Shown: positions 1 to 14,002, counted from the first letter of the stretch. The stretch: DNA of 64,000 bases from Octopus sinensis (GCF_006345805.1 NC_043003.1:15748001-15812000), one strand, 5' to 3'. Notes: a model not told the origin generated them from the sequence alone. Numbers and translations: made by a program.

Positions 1-440
1 TTACTTACTACATATAATTCATTGTTATGATTATTTTTACTGTATCTGACATAAATTAGAGAAACGTTTTGTTTCACTTTTAACACGTAATACTGAAATA
101 GTGGAGAAGATATGATATTGCTATGGGCTCGCTCTAGGCAAGAAGTTGAACATTTCTTTGCCCATGAAACTACATGGACCCTAAGTAAGGCATGTGTAAA
201 ATTTGAATGAAATTGGTTGTGTAGTTCTCAAGTTTTAGGAAATCGTAGTGGAGAAGATATGATACTGCTGTGGGCTCGCCCTAGGCAAAAAAGTTAACAT
301 TTTTTTTTGCCGATGACACTCCCCGGACCTCAAGTAAGGCATGTGTAAAATTTGAATGAAATTGGTCGTGTAGTTCTCAAGTTTTAGGGAAACACACAGA
401 CAGACAGACACACATTCTCAGTTTTATATATATAAAGATA
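1..440 (-). mobile_element. Non-autonomous Helitron-like element, 5' part, with internal ~149-bp tandem duplication
   Basis: Ends acagacagacagac...ttttatatatatataaaGA|T, i.e. A|TC on the minus strand, the same end architecture as 35587-36099. Segment ~99-240 is repeated at ~248-390. Confidence 0.6.
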
Positions 441-450
441 TATATATATA

Positions 451-960
451 CAGTAAGGAGTACCCAGAAGAAGCCGGAATTTTGCAATATTATTTCATTC
501 ATTTACTTTTAAATGTTTACACTTTTATCGTGTTCAAAATATTCTCCATTTGAAGCAATGTATCGGTGCATTTCCACTTGTCGCATCAGTACTGGAATTC
601 TTGCAAAGTGATATATTTTAACGCCTCAGTCGTTTTTTTCTTCACCTCTTCCACATCTGCAAATTCCGTAGTACCAGCCTTCTTTACCAGTGATGGTCTT
701 CGTAAAAAGGTCCGGATAATATTCGAAATGTTCTTTCAGTTCACGACACGCATTCAATCGTGGCTTCTTTTGATCTTCCATGAGCAAGTGATGCACAAAT
801 TCATTGCAACTCTTTTCATTCGCAATTCCACGCTCACAATTCGATGGTAGGAACTCCAGTACACATCAGTCGTATCAACAATCTCGTCAGTTGTTCGGTG
901 ACGGTCCTCCAAGACCGATCGTTGAATTTTATGTTTTCATTCGTTCAGGAGGTCAACGTT
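451..960 (-). mobile_element. Internally deleted mariner-type transposase relic
   Basis: Minus-strand peptides ELRMKRVAMNFVHHLLMEDQKKPRLNACRELK, FADVEEVKKKTTEALK and YIASNGEYF match mariner N- and C-terminal motifs. The catalytic core is missing; TA-rich flanks. Confidence 0.75.
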
Positions 961-984
961 TATCCTAAATGATGTTGGTTTTCA

Positions 985-1004
985 ATATATATATATAATA
1001 TATA

Positions 1005-1044
<40 letters not shown>

Positions 1045-1049
1045 ATATG

Positions 1050-1105
<56 letters not shown>

Positions 1106-1125
1106 TTATATGTATATATATAATG

Positions 1126-1156
<31 letters not shown>

Positions 1157-1267
1157 GTATGTATGATGTATGTATGTAGGTGTATGTAGTAGTATGTATG
1201 TACGTATGTATGTATGTATACATGTATATATATATCATATACATATGTGTGTGTATGTATGTATGTA

Positions 1268-1290
<23 letters not shown>
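985..1290. repeat. (TA)n/(TATG)n/(TG)n compound microsatellite
   Basis: Direct reading. Confidence 0.95.
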
Positions 1291-1299
<9 letters not shown>

Positions 1300-1940
1300 A
1301 ATATATATATAATGCAGTTTAAATACAACACACGCACACGCATATGCATACTTCTCTCATATAGTCGACTTCGTCTGAAAACTAAGTACTGACGCATTTT
1401 ATACCACTTTCGATAATTTTCAATCACATTCTCCAATCAAGAGTATGTATTAATATAATTGACAATATTTAATACTAAATCTCGATTTCTGGGGAAAAAT
1501 ACTTTTAGTTCCATTCGTATAAATAGACGCGCGCTCTTTATACGTTACAAGGTTTTACCTCTCTTTTCATTTATTTTCAAGGTCCCTCAATCTATATGTT
1601 GAACTGTGTTTCCTATTTATGGAAATTATCATCTCCATGTGGTGATAATGTATTGTACGTCAATATGGTTAATATTGTGAAATTCGCGATGGCGACCGCT
1701 CGAAACATGGGAATAGACTTGCTATGTCATAAACACGAATCGCTCCCATAGGTGTTTACTGGAAGCTGTTGAAATCTAAAGACAGTCGTCTTGGATGTGC
1801 AACCATATTAGTTGGACTGGATGCCAATAATTAACATGCAAGCCAGCAATTACAGGTTAGCACATTCTTATCAAAACGGATACGTCCAGATATCTATATG
1901 TATATATATATGTGTATGTATATATATGTATATTATACAT

Positions 1941-2310
1941 AGGGCGTATGGAGGGCTGTGTGGTAAGTAGCTTCTTACTTACCAACCACAGTTCAGGGTT
2001 CAGTCCCACTGCGTGGCACCTTGGTCAAGTGTCTTCTACTATAGCCTCAGGCCGACCCAAAAGCCTTGTGAGTGGATTTGGTAGACGGAAACTGAAAGAA
2101 GCCTGTCGTATATATCTGTATATATATGTATGTGTGTGTGTGTATGTTTGTGTCTCTGTGTTTTCCCCCAACATCGATTGACAACCGATGCTGGTGTGTT
2201 TACGTCCCCGTAACTTAGCGGTTCGGCAAAAGAGACCGACAGAATAAGTACTAGGCTTACAAAGAATAAGTCAAATGACTGAACAAGTAAAAGAGTAAAA
2301 GTGTAAAAGA

Positions 2311-2311
<1 letters not shown>
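1941..2311 (+). mobile_element. tRNA-derived SINE family A (OR1-like): head, microsatellite linker, 3' module
   Basis: Head ggctgtgtggtaagtagc...gggttcagtccc, then accttggtcaagtgtc; tail ...aagtaaaagag. Many copies in the window. Confidence 0.85.
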
Positions 2312-2348
<37 letters not shown>

Positions 2349-2471
2349 GAACATATAAAGGATGGCCATAATAGGACATCCGACTCACTAGAAAGAGCAG
2401 ACAAACTCCAAACCACTAATAGTTGTAATTCTGAAATGGAAAGAGAAATAAAAAAAAACGTTTACCCTCTC

Positions 2472-2554
2472 CTTTCTGGACTATGCAGTTTCGGCAAACT
2501 TTTGTTTTGTAAAAAATAATTATCTACCACTGGCGTTGCCTCGTCAGCAGAAAA
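2472..2554 (-). ncRNA. Type I hammerhead ribozyme, complete core
   Basis: Stem I tttctg/cagaaa, core CUGACGA, stem II ggcaa/ttgcc, GAAA, stem III act/agt with gcat loop, GUC triplet. Confidence 0.8.
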
Positions 2555-2667
2555 GCCAAGGACTAGCATATATTCACGAGACGATGATAAACATGCCTCG
2601 AGGCTATATGCTATAAATTTTCAAAATCCAATTAATTAATTAAAAATTTATAAATATATATATATAT

Positions 2668-2879
2668 AATTATAATTTAGGGTATCTAAGAGATACCACA
2701 ACGCTTCAAATAGCGTGACTCTAAAACCACATTATAAGTTCATACAGCACGAGGGGAGAAGACAAAAAGACAAAATAAACTAGCAAACTGCTAGTTGAAC
2801 TTTTAATGTGGTTTTAGAGTCAAGTTTTGGCTGCTATTTCAAGCGTGGTGATATCTCTTAGATACCCTAAATTATAATT
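2668..2879. repeat. Fold-back inverted repeat (~70-bp arms)
   Basis: aattataatttagggtatctaagagatac...aagttca mirrored by tgaactt...tatctcttagataccctaaattataatt. Confidence 0.85.
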
Positions 2880-3559
2880 TTAATAATAATAATTACCTTT
2901 GAAGGTTTTTATTAATCCATGCTGGCCACTTGATAAGTTCGATATTTAAATAACGATTTTATCCAGTAAGAAAATACAGAAAAATACATTTTAAGTATTA
3001 AAGATCAAATTATCAATAAAAACCGTAACTACCCATCCAACGAAACAAAGATAAAATGGGATAGGCATTGAGCAGCAGATGAGGGACTTGGTTGCAAAGT
3101 CGACATGGCCGCGGAGAAGAGCCAGTGACACTCGTTGCAGTATCCATACTACCTTGCAGCGTTCATTTTGCAGCGATTTTTCGGAATAACAAATTTTAAA
3201 AAATAAATAGAACCGTTGCATTGCATGCCTTGCGAAAAAAAAAAAAAAAAAAACAAGCTAGCTTCCCTTATCTCTTTCTGACCACCAAACAAAATGTTTT
3301 TCCCTTGTTTTAATGTTAAAATTAGCAATGTAAGGGACATTCAGCTATCGAATAACTGCCGTGGAATTAATGATGGTAAAAGAAACACTACTTAAGATTC
3401 ATGCATAAATTATAAGAAATATTACAACAATAATATTAACGAAGGTAGACAACAAAATTATACGTAAAAGTATATGAAAATCTATGGAAATAGAATTATG
3501 GATGACTACTTGTATGGCATTTAATACATACTGTTCTAGAGTTGTTCTAGGGCAACACT

Positions 3560-3810
3560 ATACACATACAACACAGGATCTGTTATACAAGCTATAACAT
3601 TATATATATATATGTATATACATACATATATATAATTATGTATTATCATATATATATATATATGTATGTATATACATACATATATATATATGTAAGTATT
3701 ACATACATATATATAAGTAAGTATCATACATACATATATATATAAATATATAGGTAAGTATATACATATCACATATTATATATATATATATATATATATA
3801 TAGTATTATG

Positions 3811-3862
<52 letters not shown>

Positions 3863-4110
3863 TTATATACAATATATTGATTAAATATATGTAGATATAA
3901 TCAATATATAAAAATTGTATATATATATATATATACGTATATATACATATATATATATGTACAATGGTATGTATATGATGCAATGCACACTAAGTATGCA
4001 TACATACATATATATATATATATGCATTCCCATGCCTATACTTAGGTTAAATATAATATGTACAAGAGCTTTGTCTGTAATGTCAATATGTATATATAAC
4101 TCCATCTAAG
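3560..4110. repeat. (TA)n-rich compound microsatellite
   Basis: Direct reading. Confidence 0.9.
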
Positions 4111-4361
4111 AGCTTAAAACGGTTCCATAACGTCTCTTGTTGTTTAAATCAGGAATAACTAAGACGTGATATAACTAAGATATTTCATGCAAATGAAGTA
4201 TAACTCTTGTGCAAAAATTTTACATAAAACAATACTCTTCCAAAAATGTTTTTATGAGAAGACATATAAAATTCAAACAGACCTGAAACTATGGCTAAAA
4301 ATACATAGACGCAGAGAAGGGCCACAAACATATATGTGTGTATATATATATACACATGACA

Positions 4362-4393
<32 letters not shown>

Positions 4394-4437
4394 GTACAGA
4401 GATACTTATACCTAATATATATAAATATAAAACACAC

Positions 4438-4469
<32 letters not shown>

Positions 4470-5449
4470 GAGAGAGATGATAGATCGATAGATAGATAGA
4501 TAGATAGATAGATAGTAGATAGATAGGGTAGATAGATAGATAGATAGATAGATAGATGTGTGTGTAGGAGAAAGAGACAAATATATAATGAATATATCTA
4601 TGTATATATTTGTATATATATATATATATATACTCATGGGTGTGTACATAAATGTACATTTTTTTTTGTTTCTGTATCTGTGTGTATGTATGTGTTTGCT
4701 ACAAAATTAGTGGAAGAGAAAGATGTAGGAAATTTAAAATATCAGTATCTCTTAGAGGAAGATTGAAGAGAAGAGAAAGATGAAAATTAACTTTATAATG
4801 TGACAAAATAAATCAAACCAGAAACATAAAAAAAAAGAAAAGAGCAAATGGAAGAGAAGATTATATTTGTAAATAGAAGACAATAAAAAATATATCTGTT
4901 GCAATAAAAGGAAGGAAAAATCAATAAATATTTGCAATAATGACTAAGAGACAAAAGCCAATGGAAAAATAGATGGATAACGGGTGAGAAATGATAGCCA
5001 ACTACAAGAAAGGTAAATACCCTGAAATTATAAACAAAGCAAAGAAAAGCAAATGCGAAATACGAGTTGTGAGAAGAATGGCGTTAAAACTAAGATGAAG
5101 TCAGTGGTTGGAAAAGTAAAGAGTCAAAACCGGAAGCAAGTTTTAAAAACATACAAATGGAGTTGTCATCTACTGCGAAAAAAATATGTAGCTGAAAATG
5201 GTAGTAAAAAAAACAGAAAATAACACAAGGGATGCGAAAGGGGACTAATACCACGAGCAAGTTAATCAAAGGGATTATGCTAATCCACATCTAAGAATAA
5301 TCAGAGTTTTTCAAGTAGTTTAAATGTCATATCGTAAATATTCTTAGCTGGCTGTTATGACATATATACATACATACATACATACACACACGCACAACAC
5401 AAAACACATAATATAATATATACATATATGTATATATACGAATATGCAT

Positions 5450-5539
<90 letters not shown>

Positions 5540-5556
5540 TATATGTGTGTGTGTGC

Positions 5557-5588
<32 letters not shown>

Positions 5589-5842
5589 ATATATATATGG
5601 TGTGTGTGTATATACATATATATATATATATAATATATATACATATATTACATAATACACACACACACACGCATACACGCACGCGCGCACATATTTGTTA
5701 CATGTGAGATATACCATAATTTGGTTTGGGATCTTAAAAACAATAGTCCCAGAGATTAGTACTCTTTCAGAATGAAAATAGTAACAGAATGAAAAGGTTT
5801 AATTATTCTTTTTCATAGTATTATTACTGTGTTCTCTCTTTT

Positions 5843-6053
5843 TTCTCTTTTCTTTTACTTGTTTCAGCTATTTGACTGTGGCCATACTGGAGCACCGCCT
5901 TTAATGGAGCAAATCCACCCCAGCTCTTATTCTTTGTAAGCCTAGTACTTATTCTATCGGTCTCTTTTGCCGAACCGCTGAGTTCCGGGGACGTAAACAT
6001 ACCACCATCGGTTGCCAAGCGATATTGGGGGGACAAACACAGACACACAACGT

Positions 6054-6086
<33 letters not shown>

Positions 6087-6238
6087 CGACAGACTTCTTT
6101 CAATTTCCGTCTACCAAATCCACCCACAAAGTTTTGCTCGGCCCTAAGCTATAGTAGAAGACAATTGCGCAGTGGGACTGAACCCGGAACCATGTGGTTC
6201 GTAAGCAAGCTACTTTCAACAAAGCCACTCCTACGCCT
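5843..6238 (-). mobile_element. SINE family A, near full length
   Basis: Reverse complement of the 1941-2311 family. Confidence 0.85.
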
Positions 6239-6329
6239 AAACTTTCCAATATTCTCTCTTTGTTTTTTTCTCACTAGTTCTGTTTTAGCCTTCATTTTAT
6301 CTTTTCATTTATTTATTCAAACGAAATCG

Positions 6330-6465
6330 GAGTAAACCTAAAAAGAGGTTGAATGACGGCATAACAACCACCATAATGTCATTTGGAATAGATCCAAGTG
6401 CCATAGAAACCCTTATTACGAATTGAACAGGATGGCGAAGAACAGGATGGCGACTCATCTCAACA
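6330..6465 (+). mobile_element. RTE-type LINE ORF C-terminal fragment
   Basis: KPKKRLNDGITTTIMSFGIDPSAIETLIT is nearly the same as the minus-strand copy at 9960-10050. Confidence 0.6.
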
Positions 6466-8079
6466 GAGATGAGTCGAAGTGCCGTTGTAAACAATATCCA
6501 ATAGGTTGTACAGTGGTAGTAAAGATAAAACTAACAAGTTGTCGAGTAAAGCGTATCACGTTTGATCTTCGACTGACACAATTAATTCCAAACACTCTTC
6601 GTAATCTGTGATCTCGGATCATAGAAGATAATAGCTTGATTAGCTCCCGTTGTCCCACGCCTTGAAACACTTCAGTAAGACGAAATCTTTAATAATGGTA
6701 TGTTGATCTATTAAGAGTTAAAACATCAGTGGGGAAATCAGTTGTACAGAGTTCGCCTCTTGCTATGCTGTAGATTATTGGGTAACTATGTAACTTTATA
6801 GTATGATGTGTAATTGAAATTATATAATGGCTTCGTCTTAGCACCTCAATCGTATTTCCATTGCTGTTTCAGCAATTTTAAATAACTAGACTTGCGAAGG
6901 AAAAAGAAAATTGTGTCTCAAATCTGTCAGTCGTTGGTATATTTTGATTTTTGTTATTTAATCGACTCGATTAAATGGATGTAAAATAATTTACGATTGA
7001 AATACTGACATGTATAAAATAAGATATTACAAGGTATTCACAAATCGGCCTTTTTATATTTTGCTCTCTTTATGTTCTGAAAACTGTAGAAAGATTGTGG
7101 CATTAAGGAATTATATTTTAGAAAAGTCGTAAAGTAAAATAACGAAGAAATTGATTTCAACAACAATTTTCTATTTCCTCAGTCTCATGATAATGCCTGG
7201 CAAAATCGACTTGATTTCTTATTTGTGGCTAAATTTTATCTTTTTATTCAAGGGCATCTATTCATGTTAAGTATGAAGTTTCCTTTTTCGTTTCAAAAGA
7301 ACAACGTGGAGTTGTGAATTTATGAATTTATGAAACCGAACCTTTTTGAATTCAAGTATTAGCAATGATATCAATATGATTATTATAGATATACCTCTAT
7401 CATGAAGTTCCATACAAGGCTTTCACCTCCTGTCTACTGTATATACGACTTCTTCCCCAAATATATTATAGATAAATGTATTATTTAAACCAAAATTGGA
7501 GATACAATTTAATCATGATAAGTTCACAATTCTCGTTATGATAGTATTCATGAAAGTGTGTCTTGCCATAAAATTTAAACACCACTATGCTGACTGAAAA
7601 CATGGTTTCGCCATTAAAGTAAAATATTTTGTAAACATATCTGGCAACATCATAAAATTAAATTTTGTTGTAACAAACTTAAAAATAAAAATGTTCGGTG
7701 AAAACATCAGTAGAAACATAACATTGATATGTTTGCAAGAGATCTAAATAAACGTGAAGCGATCGATGATCATGTTATGAAAATGAGGAGACATGATGGC
7801 GGTTCACTCGATGTCAAGTGATCAACAGTCGAGTCTTCTTATCTGTAAAGGGTTTGTCGAAATAATTCCTAATATAGACAATTATTAATATGTATCTGGA
7901 CGTAGGAATCTTGGTTACAACTTTTCATTTGTTAAAGTGTTACGTCCTCATATGATCCTTTGTCAATCCATCAAAGGCCTTCATCAACGACTCTATTGTT
8001 ATTACGTCAAACTAAGATTTATAGATATGTAATGTGAACGAATCAGCAACAGGGTTTGCGATATGTAGTAGCACTTGTA

Positions 8080-8137
8080 GCAGTACTAGTAGTAACAACA
8101 CATTTAGTAGTAATAGTAGCAGCAGCAGTATTAGTAT

Positions 8138-8169
<32 letters not shown>

Positions 8170-8410
8170 ATAGTAGTGGGAGTAGGAGTAGTAGTAGTAG
8201 TAGTAGTAGTAGTAGCAGCAGCGGCTGTTCAAGAATTTGGACCTGGAGATCTCCATTTCCAGCGACTTCGAGTAGTAGTATCCGGCGTCAACAGAGAGCC
8301 CTCAACTACAAGACGACCAAAGTTTTTTTTTCCAAGGTCTGGGGTCTCCCGTCCCTAAGCCCTAGACCATCACCTAATCACACTTACCCGTCTTGTTGCT
8401 TAACAACAAC

Positions 8411-8484
<74 letters not shown>

Positions 8485-8488
8485 CAGC

Positions 8489-8537
<49 letters not shown>

Positions 8538-8567
8538 TAGTTGTAGTAGTAGTAGTAGTAGTAGTAT
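8080..8567. repeat. (TAG)n/(CAG)n trinucleotide tracts with a GC-richer spacer
   Basis: Direct reading. Confidence 0.9.
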
Positions 8568-8760
8568 TTGAAGCACTTGTGGTGCTTGGTTTTAGGTGCA
8601 TAGAGAACGACACGACAGGTTTGATGTTAAGTGATAAACTGAATGAGCCGTGTTCAATCTGTGTGATTTCTGCATGATACAAGGTGCCATGCGGTGGAAC
8701 TGAACCTGAAACTGCATAGTTGCACACCGAACTTCTTAACAATACAACCAAGCCTACCCC

Positions 8761-9234
8761 ATACATATGTACGTAATACATACATACATACATGCATACA
8801 TACATACATACATACATACATACATACATACATACATACACATACATACATACGTACATACGTACATACATACATGCATACATACATACATACATACATA
8901 CATACATACATACGTACATACATACGTACATAGATACATACATGCATACATACACACATACATACATACGTACATATATACATGCATACATACATACATA
9001 CATGCATGCATGCATACATACATACATACATACGTACATACATACATACATACATACATACATACATACGAACATAGATACATACATACATACATACATA
9101 CATACATACATACATACATACATACATGCATGTATGCATGCATACATACATACGTACATACGTACATACATACATACATGCATGCATACATACATACATA
9201 CATACATACATACATACATACATACATACATACA

Positions 9235-9268
<34 letters not shown>

Positions 9269-9272
9269 CATG
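8761..9272. repeat. (TACA)n microsatellite, ~510 bp
   Basis: Direct reading; explains the YVCM and HTYI ORFs. Confidence 0.95.
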
Positions 9273-9483
9273 CATGGTGGTTGTCTACTCCTTGTGCAGA
9301 ATCTAACCATCTTAGCTCCAACATGGCGTCTGACGTAGCTTTTTAAACCAGACAATGTATTAAAAAGATACTCACATAGTCTGCATATCTCATTTGGACC
9401 ACCAAGAACTGCAGTTAAATTCTGATTTTCATGGCTCTTAAAATGTCATATGAACGGTGTGCACAGATATATATATTTATCTA

Positions 9484-9706
9484 TTGCCCACAAGGGGCTA
9501 AACGCAGAGGGGACAAACAAGGACAGACAAATGGATTAAATCGATTACATCGACCCCCAGTGCGTAACTGGTACTTAATTTGTCGACCCCGAAAGGATGA
9601 AAGGCAAAGTCGACCTCGGCGGAATTTAAACCCAGAACGTAGCGGCAGACGAAATACGGTTACGCATTTCGCCCGGCGTGCTAACGATCCTGCCAGCTCA
9701 CCGCCT
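9484..9706 (-). mobile_element. tRNA-derived SINE family B (OK-like) with 16-bp target-site duplication
   Basis: Head ggcggtgagctggcagg...; core gcctttcatcctttcggggtcga. TSD tgtgcacagatatata at 9458-9473 and 9710-9725. Confidence 0.9.
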
Positions 9707-9726
9707 TAATGTGCACAGATATATAG

Positions 9727-10146
9727 ACAGAATAGTTGGTGGGGGTCAGTTTTTCATGGATCCACAAATGAGATTTGAGCCCAGCAAAAGAAGCCATGGT
9801 CTGTCACAAACTGTGTACACAAAAAGATCATTGTGATTCATTTTCTCGATCGCAACATTCTTCTTTAAATCTCTCTTGAGTCTTGCATGTGTAATCCTGG
9901 CCTTCTCGAAACCTTCCACTCCACTCCACTCCACACTTTTCTTCGTCATCCTGCTCGATCCGTAATAAGGGTTTCTATGGCACTTGGATCCATTCCAAGT
10001 GACATTGTGGTGGTTCTTATGCCGTCATTCAACTTCTTTTTAGGTTTACGCCCATTTCGTTTCCCCTCTGCAAGCTATCCATTAACAGATGTTTGGGATG
10101 TGCGTTTATCCGCCATTCGAACAATATGGTCAAACAATCTCATTTG
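9727..10146 (-). mobile_element. RTE-clade LINE 3' fragment
   Basis: HQMRLFDHIVRMAD...LAEGKRNGRKPKKKLNDG...WSGVEGFEKARITHARLKR...VCDRPW matches the RTE ORF C-terminus; contains stops. Confidence 0.75.
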
Positions 10147-10439
10147 GTGCACACACACACACACGTGCACACGCACACACACACACAAACACACACTCAC
10201 ACACACACACTTATATATATAAACTGTTATTCCCGACACAGTTTTCTCCGTTCTTTTTCTTTCTCTCTCCATTTTCCTTTTCTCATCCCTTTCTCTCGAA
10301 GATCGTAGATTTGAAACGTCAAAGACCTTTCCATTCTTCCGCAGCGTCAACACCTGTACTTGTCTTTTGTACTTTGCATATTTTAACTATATATATATAT
10401 ATATATATGTGTGTGGGGGGGTGTATATGTGTGTGTTTG

Positions 10440-10640
10440 TGTGTCTGAGTTTGTCTCCCGCCATCGCTTGACAACTGATGTTGGTGTATTTACGTCCCCG
10501 TAACTTAGCGGGTCGGTAAAAGAGAACGATAGAGTAAGTACTAGGCGTACAAAGAATAAGTCCTGGGGTCAATTTGTTCGACGAAAGGCGGTGCTCCAGC
10601 ATGTCCAGAGTCAAATGACTGAAACAAATAAAAGAATGGA
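10440..10640 (+). mobile_element. SINE family A 3' module
   Basis: ttgacaactgatgttggtgtatttacgtccccgtaacttagcg...aaatgactgaaac. Confidence 0.8.
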
Positions 10641-10685
10641 ATACACACACACTCACGCACATATATATACATATATATATACATA

Positions 10686-10731
<46 letters not shown>

Positions 10732-11534
10732 ACACGTATTCGCACGCACGTGAACACATTCGCACGCATGCGCTCACTCACACATTATATATCAACATTA
10801 ATTTATTTACTTTTCGTTTGATAGATCCGTCATTTTGCAAGTGACAATTTCAGGGTATTTTCAAATTTCTTTTTCAAATCCGTTTCCTTTTCATCGATAA
10901 CGTAGCTGCCTCTTAGAACAATGAATAAATTACTTTCTTACTTAATCATTATTTACCAAGAGGTAGCTCTGATTTAGCCATTACCCGAGTCAATACCGGA
11001 TGCGATCTACTATTCGGGGTTATTATATCACCCGTAATTATAGATTTCCGTTACAGCTATAGCGTTTATTTTGTCACAGTTGCATAAATGATGGATGCGT
11101 GATCTGGCCAGTGGCTAATCCCATTGATAGAGATTTGACTTGCATTTGTATACGAGAAAAGAAAAGCAGAAAAATTACTTTGATTTAGATTTGATTTTAC
11201 TTTGATTGTGCAGCATTAGTATCTTTTTTTTTTGCCAGCAAGCAAAACGTCTGAAATTTTGCGGAGAGAGGACTACTCGACTTTATTGAACCCCGTGCTC
11301 AACTGGTGCGTATTTCGTGTGTGTGTGTGTGTTGTGTGTGTGTGTGTGTGTGTGCGTGCGTGCGTGTGTTGTGCGTTTGCTTTCAGTAACAGACAGTCGT
11401 CCAAACTGGTTAAATATCCAGTCAGTTGTACCAAATATTCATCATCCAAACAGCTAGGTTCAAGAGTCTCATTCCTGACTTTTAGCATGAAACTGTGGCA
11501 AAAATGTATAAACAACACGAATATACACTCCATT

Positions 11535-11910
11535 TGTGGAGGTGCAATAGCTCAGTGGTTACGGCAACGGACTCGCGGTCGTAGGATCGCTGTTTCCAGA
11601 CCGGGCGCTATGAGTGTTTAATGAGCAAAAATACCTAATGCTCCATGAAGCTGCGGCAGTGGCTGGTGACGAAGCCTGCTGTACACTTTCACCACAAATT
11701 TCTCTCACTCTTTCTTTCTGTTTCTGTTGTACCTGTATTTCAAAGGTTCCAGCCTTGTCACACACTGTGTCACGCTGCATCTCCCCGTGAACTACGTTAA
11801 GGGTACACGTATCCGTGGAGTGCTCAGCCACTTGCACGCTAATTTTACGAGCAGGCTATTCCGATAATCAAATCAACTGGAACACTCGTCGTCATAACCG
11901 ACGGTGTCCA
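11535..11910 (+). mobile_element. tRNA-headed SINE family D (degenerate)
   Basis: A-box-like tagctcagtgg at ~11548, decayed B box, GC-richer body. Confidence 0.55.
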
Positions 11911-12699
11911 CGACACTCCATTCGAAACCATTATAAAGAGGTATAAACACGGCACTCTTCAAGTTCTCTCAAGAGATTTGCTTAGTTAAATGACACAATT
12001 AGTTTTGATATTTGAATTATTTTATTTTAGAAATTTCATTGCATTGGTAATATGTTAAATTCGTTTGCATAATTTTATTTATTTTAAATCAGTCATATAA
12101 TAAATTCTAAGATATAAATAAAAGAAATAAGATAAAAATGACGAAAAAAAAAAGAAAAAGAAATGAAAAGACCATCCACCTTGAAAATAAAGTCAATAGC
12201 TCATTAAAAGATAACCTTGGGTGGTTCGAGATGTTTACAGCTTGAATTCCATCAAGAATCAATATTCCAATAGAAAATGGTATTGTGGAGGCGTTTTACT
12301 CCAAGTCGTATCTTTAGAATTTCTATGAAATAAATGGTTAAAAATTTGTACACAATAAATAGTTTTAAAAATTAGTCTTTCCCCTTCTTTCGCACTCTAC
12401 CCCCCCCCTTCTCTCTCTCTCTCTCTCACACACACACACTTCTATACACGCTTACACACTCATCTACACACACATATGTGTATGTGTGTGTGTGATCATA
12501 TATTCGTTCTCGCACGTACACACCTACACATATATACATATATGTATTTGAATCTATAATTGTACATACTTGTACATATATATATATATATATCCAGCTT
12601 TCAATCTCTTCACCTCCACTTTCTTTCTTACTTTCTCCCCCCTCTCTCTCTAATATATATATATATGCACATGGATATACGTATACATGCATATAGCTG

Positions 12700-13145
<446 letters not shown>

Positions 13146-13599
13146 TAAAAAGTCTAATTCATACATACTTCGTTGCTTAATCCTTTTGTATTATAATTGT
13201 TCAGTTCTTTACTTGTATCATGTGACGCCATTGTACATCTGCTTATGGTGGAAACTCGCCACGCATGCAGCTAAAACAATGGCGAACAAAACCGTGTGTT
13301 GAACTGTAACAACTCTGGTAGAATGCGTCGATACCTGTAGCCACAATAATTATGTTACAAAAGGGCTTACCGTCTGAAATAAATGTCATAGCTGTAGACA
13401 CTGTAAAAATTTTATAGTACTTTAAATCTCGATTATCGTATTTTATTCATGTGGATTTTTCTAGATATATTCTGACTGACGTGATGCGTTCTCTTATTTA
13501 TAGAATCTGGTTTGATGTGTCTTACCTATTAATACCAGCTTCCTTTTTGTATTATGCAGAGAAAGTAGGGTGTTATTTTAATGGAATCTTTTATGCTTT

Positions 13600-14002
13600 T
13601 ATTCTTTAATTATTTTACTTGTTTCAGTCATTTGACTGCGGCCATGTTTGAGCACCACCTTAAAGGGGCTTAGTCGAAGAAATGGACCGCAGGACATATT
13701 CTTAATAAGCTTAGTACTTATTGTATCGGCGTCTTTTGCCGAAAGGCAAAGTCGACCTCGGTGGCATTTGAACTCAGAATGTAACGGCAGACGAAATATA
13801 TATTTTTTTACTACCCACAAGGACAAACAAGGACAAACGGATTACATAGAACCCAGTACGTAACTGGTACTTATTAAATCGACCCCGAAAGGATGAAAGG
13901 CAAAGTCGACCTCCGTGGAATTTGAACTCAGAACGTAACGGCAGACGAAATACCGCTAAGAATTTCGCCCGGCGCGCTAACGTTTCTGCCAGCCCGCCGC
14001 CT
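13600..14002 (-). mobile_element. Chimeric SINE: family A tail fused to a family B dimer
   Basis: A-tail ttttgccgaa runs directly into B-core aggcaaagtcgacc at ~13742; B head ends at 14002. Confidence 0.75.

Noticed and set aside
3153-3228. Possible minus-strand exon (poly-T aag acceptor, aag|gtagta donor)
   Set aside because: The acceptor tract is just a homopolymer run, the peptide is uninformative, and it lies on the opposite strand to the better candidates.
6455-6700. HRLRRVFGINCVSRRSN, a possible RTE post-RT motif on the minus strand
   Set aside because: The similarity is short and flanking motifs are not recoverable.
9318-9340. aacatggcg (YY1-like) plus tgacgt (CRE-like) motifs
   Set aside because: Short motifs are expected by chance, and there is no supporting promoter context.
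8374-9355. Longest ORFs (316, 233, 184 aa; YVCM, HTYI, poly-L)
   Set aside because: Translations of (TACA)n and (TAG)n microsatellites, which lack stops in those frames.
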